Below are positions 37,660 to 46,851 of a stretch of 64,000 nt of DNA, in pieces. The first letter of the stretch is position 1; each line of letters opens with the position of its first letter. The notes under the pieces are model-generated. The model was not told where the DNA came from. It worked only from the letters and a program-made list of their open reading frames with translations, and made no database searches. The DNA is from an uncultured Candidatus Saccharibacteria bacterium. Lineage in GTDB: Bacteria > Patescibacteriota > CPR2 > UBA1875 > CAIMLA01. The translations under genes and the position numbers were made by a program. The DNA lies in the NCBI GenBank assembly GCA_964511435.1, contig CAZEFH010000001.1, positions 9,346 to 73,345 of the forward strand, read 5' to 3'.

Positions 37660-38952
37660 TTATCTTAGTTCGTTTTCAATTTCTAACAGTCTATTATATT
37701 TCGCTAACCGCTCACCGCGTGCTGGCGCCCCAGACTTAATCTGTCCCACTCCCGTTGCCACCGCAAGATCAGCAATTAAAGTATCACTAGTCTCACCACT
37801 ACGATGCGAAATCATACAATGATATCCGTTTGTAGTTGCCAGTTTTATTGCAGAAAGAGTCTCGCTGATGGTCCCTATTTGATTGACCTTAATAAGGACT
37901 GCATTTGCAACTTTCTGGTCAATTCCTTTTTGAATCCGCTCTGGGTTTGTCACAAAAAGATCATCACCAACCAGCTGGACCTTACTACCAATGCGATCAG
38001 TGAGCTGCTGCCAGCCTTCCCAATCATCCTCACTAAGACCATCTTCGATAGAAATTACTGGGTAACTTGCAATAATTTCCTTGTACCAGCTACCAAGCTG
38101 CTGTGCACTAAGACCAATTCCCTCGCTCGCAAGGATGTATTTCCCATCCTTATCTGGGTGATAGAGCTCACTAGCAGCGACATCGAGTGCGATAGCAACA
38201 TCTTTCCCTGGTTTATATCCAGCTGCAGTAATCGCTTCTACGAGTAGGTCCAGTGACTTCGTATTTGATTCTAGATTCGGCGCAAAACCTCCTTCATCGC
38301 CCAGGCCAGTAGATAATCCACGACTAGATAACAAACCCTTCAAAGCATGGTAAACTTCGGTTGCAATTCGTAGATTTTCGGCAACGGTATCTTTTTGTGG
38401 CACAATCATCGACTCTTGGATATCTATATTGTTGTCTGCATGTTTGCCGCCGTTTAAAACATTGAAAAACATCTTTGGCAGAACATAGTTGCTTTTCACC
38501 CCTAGTTCAGTCTGATATGAACCGTCGTTCTCATAAAGTGTCATCAAATATTTATATAGTGGCATTTCTAGTGCCTTTGCTGCTGCCACTGCGACCGCTC
38601 CTGAGACGCCAAGAATAGCATTCGCACCTAGTTTGCTTTTATTCTTAGTGCCATCAGCCTGAATCATAGCCTTATCGATTTCACTTTGGTTCAGGGGGTT
38701 CGCCTCAAGAAGCAAATCACGAATAGGCCCATTCACATTTTGGATAGCCTTCTCTACTCCCTGACCACCATATGCCTTTTTACCATCACGAAGTTCGAGT
38801 GCTTCATGAACCCCGGTAGAAGCGCCGCTTGGAACAGAAAAAATACCCGTAAAATCATCAACCGTTACACTCACTTGTAGGGTTGGGTTTCCACGAGAAT
38901 CAAGAATCTGGATTGCAGTAACATCTTTTATCTTCATAGCAATATTATTCAC
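37660..38952 (-). CDS. eno: Enolase
   Basis: [16 protein letters not shown]..., SHRSGETED-like [21 protein letters not shown]. Confidence 0.95.
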   Translation of the reverse strand: MNNIAMKIKDVTAIQILDSRGNPTLQVSVTVDDFTGIFSVPSGASTGVHEALELRDGKKAYGGQGVEKAIQNVNGPIRDLLLEANPLNQSEIDKAMIQADGTKNKSKLGANAILGVSGAVAVAAAKALEMPLYKYLMTLYENDGSYQTELGVKSNYVLPKMFFNVLNGGKHADNNIDIQESMIVPQKDTVAENLRIATEVYHALKGLLSSRGLSTGLGDEGGFAPNLESNTKSLDLLVEAITAAGYKPGKDVAIALDVAASELYHPDKDGKYILASEGIGLSAQQLGSWYKEIIASYPVISIEDGLSEDDWEGWQQLTDRIGSKVQLVGDDLFVTNPERIQKGIDQKVANAVLIKVNQIGTISETLSAIKLATTNGYHCMISHRSGETSDTLIADLAVATGVGQIKSGAPARGERLAKYNRLLEIENELR

Positions 38953-39027
38953 TACTATCGACTGAATTTCTAGTCTTATTGTCCCTTTTGCATCACAAAC
39001 TAATCGGGTGCTGACCTTTAAGGGACT

Positions 39028-39795
39028 TTACTTGGTTAGAATAAAGTAGACAGCCAAACCTCCACCTAGAAGCAATATTCCCAAGACAATACCAATGACA
39101 ACAATCATGAGCTCTTGCTTGTGGCTCATAGACATTGGTGCCTTACCATAATCTTGGTTCTGATTCACTTGAGTTGGCATTTTTTCAAGCTTTTCTTCTT
39201 CAGCTGACTCATTTTCAGCAAGAGGATCACGATAGATAGCGGGGTCCTGAGGTAGAGCCCCCTTAGATTCTGGCAATTTCACTACTTTGTTAACAGACTC
39301 TGTTTCTAGTGTATCAATTGCTGCTTCAGGAATTCTCATCGCCTCAGACGGTACTTCTTCCGGCGATGTTTCTTCTACAATTTCAGAATCCTGAGGAGAA
39401 GTATCTACTTCATTATCATTAACAGGAAGTGATGGCACTTCTTCCACTACTGGTGGTATGACTTCGATATTCATATTTTGTGGTGTATATATACCAGCCA
39501 CCTGTTCATCTTTAGATGTGCTTGGGTCTACAGTATCCGTAATCTGGGAAACATCTTCTGAGTGAGCAGCTGTATCAGCCATAGTTTCCGTACTCGAGGC
39601 GAGACTATCATCAACTGGGACATCTTCAGTAATTGCCTGGCTTCCTGGTTCAGTAACCACTTTCTCCCCCTCAAATGAGCCCTCACCCCAGCTGCCAACA
39701 TTAACTTCTGACTCCGGAACTTCTTTACCACAATCAGAACAAATATATCTTCCATTTATGTTCGCGAGTTCAGTTTTGCAATTAGGACAAAGCAA
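39028..39795 (-). CDS. Zinc-ribbon protein with acidic low-complexity linker and C-terminal TM anchor
   Basis: MLCPNCKTEL...YICSDCGK CxxC...CxxC zinc ribbon; Glu/Asp/Pro-rich middle; terminal TM. Confidence 0.5.
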   Translation of the reverse strand: MLCPNCKTELANINGRYICSDCGKEVPESEVNVGSWGEGSFEGEKVVTEPGSQAITEDVPVDDSLASSTETMADTAAHSEDVSQITDTVDPSTSKDEQVAGIYTPQNMNIEVIPPVVEEVPSLPVNDNEVDTSPQDSEIVEETSPEEVPSEAMRIPEAAIDTLETESVNKVVKLPESKGALPQDPAIYRDPLAENESAEEEKLEKMPTQVNQNQDYGKAPMSMSHKQELMIVVIGIVLGILLLGGGLAVYFILTK

Positions 39796-39804
39796 AGTTA
39801 CTCC

Positions 39805-42195
39805 TTACCCTTTATCACCGAGGCGGGCCTCGAGCTCTTTAATCTCATCTTTCATTTTCACAACTTCATTCAGAAGAATCTTTTCCTCAACTGCTGCTAC
39901 AAGGTGGCGGGTGCTGTCTATCATGTCGGGGTTAACAGAGATAGAAGTAGCGCCATACTCTACCATCTTCTGCGCCACCTCAGGATAAACACTCGGAGCC
40001 TGACCACAGATAGAACAAGTAACGCCATATTTAGCACAGGTTTCTACGGTCCGCTGAATCATCCACTGAACAGCCGGGTAGCGTTCATCAAATTCTTCCG
40101 CTACGACGCTCGAGTCACGATCTAGACCGAGGGTTAGCTGCGTCAAATCATTTGAACCAATTGAAACCCCATCGATGCCCATCTCACAATATTTGTCTAT
40201 TTCAATGACGGCGCTTGGCACCTCAACCATAATCCAGAGCTTGAAGTCAGGATCTGTCTGTTTATTAAGACCATTTGCTTCAACAATTTCCTTCACTTTC
40301 GCAAATTCATCAGTCCGACGAACAAATGGAATCATCAAGTGGAGATTGTTGTAGTTTTTACGCACTCGCTTGATGGCTTCTAGCTCAAGCGCAAATTCTT
40401 CTGGGTCCTTGAGATAACGAAAACAACCACGGTAGCCAATCATCGGATTCTCTTCCTGTGGTTCAAACTCTTCTCCGCCCTTTAGACCACGATACTCATT
40501 CGTCTTAAAGTCAGTCGCTCGATAGACCACATTACGCGGGTGAAATGCCTTGGCAAATGCCTCCATTCCTTCTGCCAACTTCGTAACATACTCTTCTTGA
40601 CGCCCCTCTTTGATCATCGCTTTTGGATGCTCACCAATCGATTCCATGATGATAAATTCGGCACGCAAAAGTCCAACACCATCAACGTTCATCGCCGCCA
40701 CTTTTTCGGCTAATGAAGGCTCTGCAAGATTAACATATATCTTAGTTGCAGTAACTGGCGCTGCAGCCTGAACGGTAGCCGTGCCCGCTGGCACCGCTTC
40801 GACCTTTGGTGCCTCCACTTTACCGTCATAAACATTACCACCCTTACCATCAACTGTAACAATCTGACCATCTTTCAGTGTCGTTGTAGCAGTACCAGTG
40901 CCAACTACGCATGGGATTCCCAGCTCACGAGAAACAATCGCGGCATGGCAGGTACGTCCACCAGCATCTGTAATAATACCCGCCGCCCGCTTCATGGCAG
41001 GCACAAAGTCCGGTGTCGTCATCTCAGTTACTAGGACATCACCTTCTTTAATCTTGTCGATTTCTGATGGGCTATGAATGATTTTCACTGGACCCGAAGC
41101 CATACCTACACTGGCAGCTTGCCCCTTGATTATTACTGCATGACTACCATTATCCGCTCCTGAGTTTTCTTCGGTCACTGATTCCTCCTTTTTATCTCCT
41201 AGTGTCGTCACTGGTCTAGATTGCACCATATATATCTTGCCACCCTCAAGTGCCCACTCGGTATCCTCTGGCTGACCATAATGTTTCTCAATTGCGAGAG
41301 CGAGATCAGTGAGTTGCATAATCTGTTCATCAGTTATCTTTTGAGCTTCCTGCTTCTCGGCAGATACGGGGATACTCTCTTTTTTGAGAACCGAAAGATC
41401 CCCTGTATCGCCCGATCCAGATTCACGAGTGAGCATCCATTCCTGTTTGAAGATTTCTTTCGAGGTGATTTTTTTGGTTTTCTTATCAACGAGGTATCGA
41501 TCTGGAGTCACCGCACCCAGCACCACTACTTCCCCTAGGCCATAGGCAGCTTCAATTGAAATATGATCCAGGTCATTGTTTGAAGGATCAATTGTAAACA
41601 TCACTCCGGCAGCTTCTGAATTGACCATTTTTTGAATCGGTACGGCAATACCAACATCGAGTTGCCCAAATCCCTGCTCGTCACGGTAATAAATTGCCCG
41701 AGCCTCAAAAAGTGAAGCCCAACATTTCAAAACTGCTTCCAGCACTGCTGCATCACCAAGCACGTTAAGGTAAGTTGCCTGCTGACCCGCAAACGACGCC
41801 CCAGCCAGATCCTCTGCGGTTGCTGATGAGCGAACCGCCACATACAATTCACTGATTGGTGTACCACTAGTTTCGGCCAGCTTGTGATAATTATCGAGAA
41901 TCTCGGTTTTTAGCTCTTCTGGCAAAGGAGTTTCAAGAATCAACTGCTTACACTTTTCGGCTCTCTCTTGCAAATCTTTCGAGTTTTCCTTATCAAAACC
42001 TTCTATGACCGAACTAATTTTTTGTTCAAGGCCAGTAGCCTTCACGTATGCAAAATAAGCATCGGCAGTAATAATGTAACCTGGCGGTACTGGGAGCCCA
42101 GCACGAGTCAATTCTCCGAGATTAGCGCCCTTACCTCCGACTATTGCGCCATCATCCTTACCTACTTCACTAAACCATACAACATCTTTTGCCAT
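39805..42195 (-). CDS. ppsA: Phosphoenolpyruvate synthase (pyruvate, water dikinase) family
   Basis: N-terminal ATP-grasp GGKGANLGEL, phosphohistidine domain TCHAAIVSRELGIPCVVG, C-terminal PEP-utilising TIM barrel; 796 aa. Confidence 0.85.
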   Translation of the reverse strand: MAKDVVWFSEVGKDDGAIVGGKGANLGELTRAGLPVPPGYIITADAYFAYVKATGLEQKISSVIEGFDKENSKDLQERAEKCKQLILETPLPEELKTEILDNYHKLAETSGTPISELYVAVRSSATAEDLAGASFAGQQATYLNVLGDAAVLEAVLKCWASLFEARAIYYRDEQGFGQLDVGIAVPIQKMVNSEAAGVMFTIDPSNNDLDHISIEAAYGLGEVVVLGAVTPDRYLVDKKTKKITSKEIFKQEWMLTRESGSGDTGDLSVLKKESIPVSAEKQEAQKITDEQIMQLTDLALAIEKHYGQPEDTEWALEGGKIYMVQSRPVTTLGDKKEESVTEENSGADNGSHAVIIKGQAASVGMASGPVKIIHSPSEIDKIKEGDVLVTEMTTPDFVPAMKRAAGIITDAGGRTCHAAIVSRELGIPCVVGTGTATTTLKDGQIVTVDGKGGNVYDGKVEAPKVEAVPAGTATVQAAAPVTATKIYVNLAEPSLAEKVAAMNVDGVGLLRAEFIIMESIGEHPKAMIKEGRQEEYVTKLAEGMEAFAKAFHPRNVVYRATDFKTNEYRGLKGGEEFEPQEENPMIGYRGCFRYLKDPEEFALELEAIKRVRKNYNNLHLMIPFVRRTDEFAKVKEIVEANGLNKQTDPDFKLWIMVEVPSAVIEIDKYCEMGIDGVSIGSNDLTQLTLGLDRDSSVVAEEFDERYPAVQWMIQRTVETCAKYGVTCSICGQAPSVYPEVAQKMVEYGATSISVNPDMIDSTRHLVAAVEEKILLNEVVKMKDEIKELEARLGDKG

Positions 42196-42212
42196 AACCC
42201 CTCCTATACTCT

Positions 42213-43067
42213 TTAGGCCTTACCGGCGCTTCCAAACATCACTATTTTCTTTTTCACTACTTCCTTAATCGCCTCGATTTCTTCTGGTAAATATTTATAA
42301 GGAACAATTTCATCCGGATTTTCATTTAGTTCTTCTCGCAAAGTATCGGTGTAGGCTACTCTAAGCTCGGTATTCACATTTACTTTGGCAATTCCTAGGG
42401 AAATTGCTCGCCTCACCTGGTCTTCAGGAATTCCAGAACCTCCATGGAGCGAAAGTGGAATCCCAATCTTCCCAAGCTCCTCTAGTCTCTCAAAGTCCAG
42501 CTTCGGTTCATTCTCATATATCCCATGAATATTCCCAATCGATGACGCTAAGACGTCGATTCCAGTCGCCTGTACAAAAGCCTTAGCCTGTTCAGGATCA
42601 GTATATGTACTCTTTTCCATCTTCGCTGATTCATCGTGAACTTCACTGGCACCACCAACATGACCCAGCTCACCCTCAACCGTAATCCCTTGAGAATGGG
42701 CGTAATCTGTAGATTCTTTTGTTAGCTTTAGATTTGATTCATAAGAAAGAGCAGAAGCATCGATATGTACAGAAGTATAGCCAGCAGTGATGGCCTCCTT
42801 AATCTGCTCGAGGCTTTGACCATGGTCAAGATGTATCGCAACTGGTACAGTCGAACCCTCAGCAATATTTGTTACGATATCTACCACGTTAGTGGCTCCC
42901 ATATAATTCATCTCACCTGGACTAGTTTCTATCACTACTGGAGCCTCTAGCTCTTCTGCGGCTGCTATTATCGCTTTTATGGCCTCCAGCGTAGAGACAT
43001 TGAAAGCACCGATAGCGTAGCCGCCTGCAAGGGCTTTCTGATAAAGTTCTTTACTTTTTACGATCAT
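42213..43067 (-). CDS. fba: Fructose-bisphosphate aldolase, class II
   Basis: GGYAIGAFNVS, HLDHG, class-II metal ligands. Confidence 0.9.
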   Translation of the reverse strand: MIVKSKELYQKALAGGYAIGAFNVSTLEAIKAIIAAAEELEAPVVIETSPGEMNYMGATNVVDIVTNIAEGSTVPVAIHLDHGQSLEQIKEAITAGYTSVHIDASALSYESNLKLTKESTDYAHSQGITVEGELGHVGGASEVHDESAKMEKSTYTDPEQAKAFVQATGIDVLASSIGNIHGIYENEPKLDFERLEELGKIGIPLSLHGGSGIPEDQVRRAISLGIAKVNVNTELRVAYTDTLREELNENPDEIVPYKYLPEEIEAIKEVVKKKIVMFGSAGKA

Positions 43068-43245
43068 TTTTCTTGTCCTTTTCTACTATTTTCCCTACGG
43101 TCTTCGGCCAAACATATCCAAACAGTTTCGCAAGCCCCCAGCCCATAAAAGCGACTATTCCAACCAGAAGCGCTACGAGGCCACCACCGAAAATCCAGTC
43201 GATAGCTCCCGTGTTGGGCTGAGTATATCCGGGCACGATTGACAT
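43051..43245 (-). CDS. Small hypothetical single-TM protein (64 aa)
   Basis: ORF bridging tpiA and fba with a hydrophobic core (GGGLVALLVGIVAFMGWGLAKLF) and Lys-rich tail; coding status uncertain. Confidence 0.35.
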   Translation of the reverse strand: MSIVPGYTQPNTGAIDWIFGGGLVALLVGIVAFMGWGLAKLFGYVWPKTVGKIVEKDKKNDRKK

Positions 43246-44051
43246 TATTTATTCTTCCCTTTAACAGGTTTTTTGGCAGATTTTGTAGGCACATTTTTCT
43301 TGTCAAACGCCTTCACGATAGTGCTAAATTTCTTGTGGTCTAGACTTGCGCCCCCGACCAGAACCCCATCTAGCTCTTTTGCTGCGGCAATCTTCTCGGC
43401 ATTTCCTTCATTAACACTGCCACCATAAAGAATCCTGACTCCACTAGCGGCCCTTTCACCATAGAGTGCTTTCACAAGCCCTCGGAAGTCTTTCGCCATT
43501 TTTTCGATATCACCATTCTCACATGTCATGCCAGTACCAATAGCCCAAACTGGCTCATATGCAACGACAGATTCAGCGATTTCTTCGGCGGTAAGACCAG
43601 AAAGCGCTGTTTCCAGCTGAGAAAGAACTACTACTTTCGATAAACCATCACCCTTCTCGTGGTATGTTTCACCGACACAAATGATAGGACGAATATTACT
43701 AGCCACTGCGGCGGCGGCTTTTTTCGCTATCTGCTTATCGGTTTCACCAAAGAGCGCCCTGCGTTCAGAGTGACCAACTATGACATACTTCACAAAATTG
43801 GCTAGTTGTAAGGCAGAAATCTCGCCGGTGTATGGACCCATTCCTTCATGATGAAGGTTCTGCGCCCCGATAGAAATGTCCCCAGATGCAAGCTCCTTTG
43901 AGGCTGCATATATATCAAGGTATGATGGACAAACAACCACCTCAGCATTTTTCACCTTTGATAGTTCCTTTTTGAGTTTCTCAATAAGGACCGTACTCTC
44001 AGGAACCGTAAGATTCATTTTCCAATTTCCAACAACGAGTTTCTTGTTCAT
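43245..44051 (-). CDS. tpiA: Triosephosphate isomerase (with Lys-rich C-terminal tail)
   Basis: VVGNWKMN, catalytic His/Glu context, GGASL; tail KKNVPTKSAKKPVKGKNK. Confidence 0.9.
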   Translation of the reverse strand: MNKKLVVGNWKMNLTVPESTVLIEKLKKELSKVKNAEVVVCPSYLDIYAASKELASGDISIGAQNLHHEGMGPYTGEISALQLANFVKYVIVGHSERRALFGETDKQIAKKAAAAVASNIRPIICVGETYHEKGDGLSKVVVLSQLETALSGLTAEEIAESVVAYEPVWAIGTGMTCENGDIEKMAKDFRGLVKALYGERAASGVRILYGGSVNEGNAEKIAAAKELDGVLVGGASLDHKKFSTIVKAFDKKNVPTKSAKKPVKGKNK

Positions 44052-44080
44052 TGTTTTTATCCGACAGCTATCGGACCCTC

Positions 44081-45250
44081 CTACTCTAATATTGCCACAC
44101 CCGGCAACGCTTTACCCTCTAGAAATTCCATACTAGCCCCGCCAGCCATGGAAACAAAACTAAATTTATCTTTTATCTCTTCTTCCAGCACTGCGATTGT
44201 GTCACCGCCTCCAATTACGCTAAAGGCACCCGAGCGTGCAATTGCTTTTCCGACTGCCACTGTTGCCTTGGCAAAGTTAGGATACTCTGCAATCCCCAGT
44301 GGACCATTCCAGAAAACCGTTTTTGCAGAGGCAATTTCCCGCTCGAACTCTGCCACCGTTTCGGCTCCCAAATCAACGATGATGTCTAGCTCACCTACTT
44401 CAGATACGGGCGTAGTGATACCGCGGGCATTCTCCGAAACATTCTTCGTTACAACCACATCTTTGGGTAGAACAACTTTTACTCCTTTTACCCTAGCATC
44501 AAGGATAATTTCTAGCGATTTTTTGACATATTCTTCCTCATAAAGTGAGCAACCGACCTCGACACGCTGTGAACAAAGAAAAGTATTGGCCATCCCACCA
44601 CCGATGAGCATCGTGTCTACTTTATCAAGCAGGTTATCAAGAATCCCAAGTTTATCAGAAACTTTTGCTCCTCCAGAAATAAAGACAAACGGCTTTTCTG
44701 CACCACTAAGTATCTTCGAGAGATTGTCTACCTCTTTCTGAAGTTGAAATCCAGCGTATGCTGGAAGCCATTTTGCCACACCTACAACTGAAGAATGCGC
44801 CCGGTGCGAGTCAGGAAAAGCATCATTAACATAGAAGTTACAGCCCCTTGCTAGTTGTTGAGCAAAGAAAGGTTCGTTTGCTTCTTCTTCGGGATGAAAT
44901 CTTACATTCTCAAGAAGGATAACATCGCCACTTTTTGCTTCTGCAACAGCTTTATCTCTCTTGTCTCCGACACAGTCATCAACAAAATGAACACTTTTAT
45001 TGATCAGCTTCTCCAATTCTTTTACAACTGGTTTAAGTGATAATTCAGGGTCTACTTTGCCATCCGGTCTCCCCAAATGAGCCGCCAAAATAACTACGGC
45101 GCCATGTTCAAGAAGAAAGTTAATTGTTTCAAGTGAAGATACAATACGTTCGTTATCCGTAACCTTTCCTTCTGCCATAGGAACGTTGTAGGTCACCCTA
45201 ACGTAGACTTTCTTACCCTCTAGATTGTCGAGATCCTGGATTCTTTTCAT
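44081..45250 (-). CDS. pgk: Phosphoglycerate kinase
   Basis: RVTYNVP..., ILAAHLGRP, GGGMANTF, PGK family length. Confidence 0.9.
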   Translation of the reverse strand: MKRIQDLDNLEGKKVYVRVTYNVPMAEGKVTDNERIVSSLETINFLLEHGAVVILAAHLGRPDGKVDPELSLKPVVKELEKLINKSVHFVDDCVGDKRDKAVAEAKSGDVILLENVRFHPEEEANEPFFAQQLARGCNFYVNDAFPDSHRAHSSVVGVAKWLPAYAGFQLQKEVDNLSKILSGAEKPFVFISGGAKVSDKLGILDNLLDKVDTMLIGGGMANTFLCSQRVEVGCSLYEEEYVKKSLEIILDARVKGVKVVLPKDVVVTKNVSENARGITTPVSEVGELDIIVDLGAETVAEFEREIASAKTVFWNGPLGIAEYPNFAKATVAVGKAIARSGAFSVIGGGDTIAVLEEEIKDKFSFVSMAGGASMEFLEGKALPGVAILE

Positions 45251-45251
45251 C

Positions 45252-46247
45252 TTATTTTCCTATATAAACACACATTTCGGCCAAACGACAGCTATAGCCC
45301 CATTCGTTGTCATACCAACCAATAATTTTAAAGAAGTTACCGCCAATGTTCTTGGTAAGTAGTGAATCATAGATTGCTGAATAGTGATTACCCTTATAAT
45401 CCATCGATACCAGTGGCTCGGTGGCGCAGTAAAGATAGCCCTTCATGCGACCCTTGGCAGCTTCCTGCATCTTGGCCGTAATCTGCTCCACCGTCGTCTC
45501 TTTCTCTAGCTCCACTGTCAGGTCTGTTACAGAGACAGTAGGCGTAGGGACACGTAGAGCAATACCATCTAGCTTGCCATCAACCTCAGGAATCACCTCC
45601 TTAAGCGCCTTTGCGGCACCTGTACTAGTAGGGATGATATTGATGGCAGCAGCCCTGGCGCGACGCAGATCCTCGTGTGGAAGATCAAGAATGCGTTGAT
45701 CGTTAGTATATGAGTGCACTGTGGTCATAAGACCGGCCTTCAGGCCAAAGTTATCAACAAGAACCTTCACTATTGGCGCGAGGCCATTAGTAGTACAGGA
45801 GGCATTAGAAACAATATTGTGTTTCTTTTTGTCATACTTTTCTTCGTTCACTCCGAGCACTAGGGTCACGTCAACGTTCTTGGCAGGTGCAGAGATCAGC
45901 ACCTTCTTTGCTCCAGCCTTCAGGTGCGCCTTCGCCTTTTCCCCGTCTGTGTAAAACCCTGTGCATTCGAGCACTACATCTACCTTTAGACCCTTCCATG
46001 GCAAAAGCGCGGCATCTTTTTCTGAATATACTTTCACCCGCTTATGATTAACGAATATCGAACGATCAGCTGGTTCAATACTGGCATTCCAAACCCCGTA
46101 GTTACTATCGTATTTAAGTAAGTGCGCTAGGGTCGGAACATCCGTAAGATCATTGATTGCCACTATTTCAACGTGCGGATATTTTTCAGTTAAGATCTTG
46201 AATACTTGGCGGCCGATACGGCCGAAGCCGTTGATTGCTACTTTCAT
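45252..46247 (-). CDS. gap: Glyceraldehyde-3-phosphate dehydrogenase
   Basis: MKVAINGFGRIGRQV, SNASCTTN active-site Cys. Confidence 0.95.
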   Translation of the reverse strand: MKVAINGFGRIGRQVFKILTEKYPHVEIVAINDLTDVPTLAHLLKYDSNYGVWNASIEPADRSIFVNHKRVKVYSEKDAALLPWKGLKVDVVLECTGFYTDGEKAKAHLKAGAKKVLISAPAKNVDVTLVLGVNEEKYDKKKHNIVSNASCTTNGLAPIVKVLVDNFGLKAGLMTTVHSYTNDQRILDLPHEDLRRARAAAINIIPTSTGAAKALKEVIPEVDGKLDGIALRVPTPTVSVTDLTVELEKETTVEQITAKMQEAAKGRMKGYLYCATEPLVSMDYKGNHYSAIYDSLLTKNIGGNFFKIIGWYDNEWGYSCRLAEMCVYIGK

Positions 46248-46248
46248 G

Positions 46249-46482
46249 CTATTTCCCTCTCCTTTTAGCCTTCGCTAGCTCTTCTTTTGCATATTCCTTA
46301 AGTCTATCTATAAACACAATCTTGATACCCAGGAGCTCTAGACCTACAAACACTAGTAGCCACCCCGGTAGTATTGGTAAGGCTATACCCGCAATCCCAA
46401 TCACGAGTGCCAATATACCAAGAATAAGCTTAAACAGGTCGAAAATACTCTCGTGTTTCCGACTAACCTTAAACTCCTTCAT
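46249..46482 (-). CDS. Small two-TM protein, PGPGW-like (DUF)
   Basis: ALPILPGWLLVFVGLELLGI pattern. Confidence 0.45.
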   Translation of the reverse strand: MKEFKVSRKHESIFDLFKLILGILALVIGIAGIALPILPGWLLVFVGLELLGIKIVFIDRLKEYAKEELAKAKRRGK

Positions 46483-46559
46483 AAATACATTGTATCAAGA
46501 AAGACAAAGGAACAATAGCAATAAAGCAAAAATCCCACCGTGAATGGTGAGATTTTAGC

Positions 46560-46581
46560 TGGCAGTCCCAAGGGGAATCGA
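46560..46581 (-). repeat. 22-nt exact duplicate of the 3' end of tRNA-Glu (att-like direct repeat/scar)
   Basis: tggcagtcccaaggggaatcga identical to 46746-46767; upstream copy lacks the rest of the tRNA. Confidence 0.7.
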
Positions 46582-46745
46582 GGCACAGCCTCTTCTCACC
46601 ACTATCACCGTCGTCATTCCCAACTATATTTAGGATCTAGCTCTCTCGTTTTAATCTGTAAACTGAATACTTACGTTTATCATTCAGGGGTTTTCATCCC
46701 CTTCAACTAAAAAGTAGATAACAACCGAAGTTATTACCTACTTTT

Positions 46746-46820
46746 TGGCAGTCCCAAGGGGAATCGAACCCCTGTTACCAGGATGAAAACCTGGCGTCCT
46801 AACCTCTAGACGATAGGACC
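46746..46820 (-). tRNA. tRNA-Glu (anticodon TTC), CCA encoded
   Basis: Cloverleaf by hand: acceptor GGTCCTA/TGGGACT, D-arm TCGTCTAGAGGTTAGGAC-like, anticodon stem CCAGG/CCTGG with loop TTTTCAT, T-arm GGGG TTCGATT CCCC; close to E. coli tRNA-Glu. Confidence 0.85.
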
Positions 46821-46851
46821 ACGTCAGAATTTGCTACAAGATTATAGCAGA

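Noticed and set aside
46681-46710. GGGGTTTTCATCCCC as an independent tRNA or terminator
   Set aside because: Only an anticodon-arm-sized fragment with no acceptor/T arm, and not followed by a U-run; treated as debris of the tRNA-Glu integration scar.
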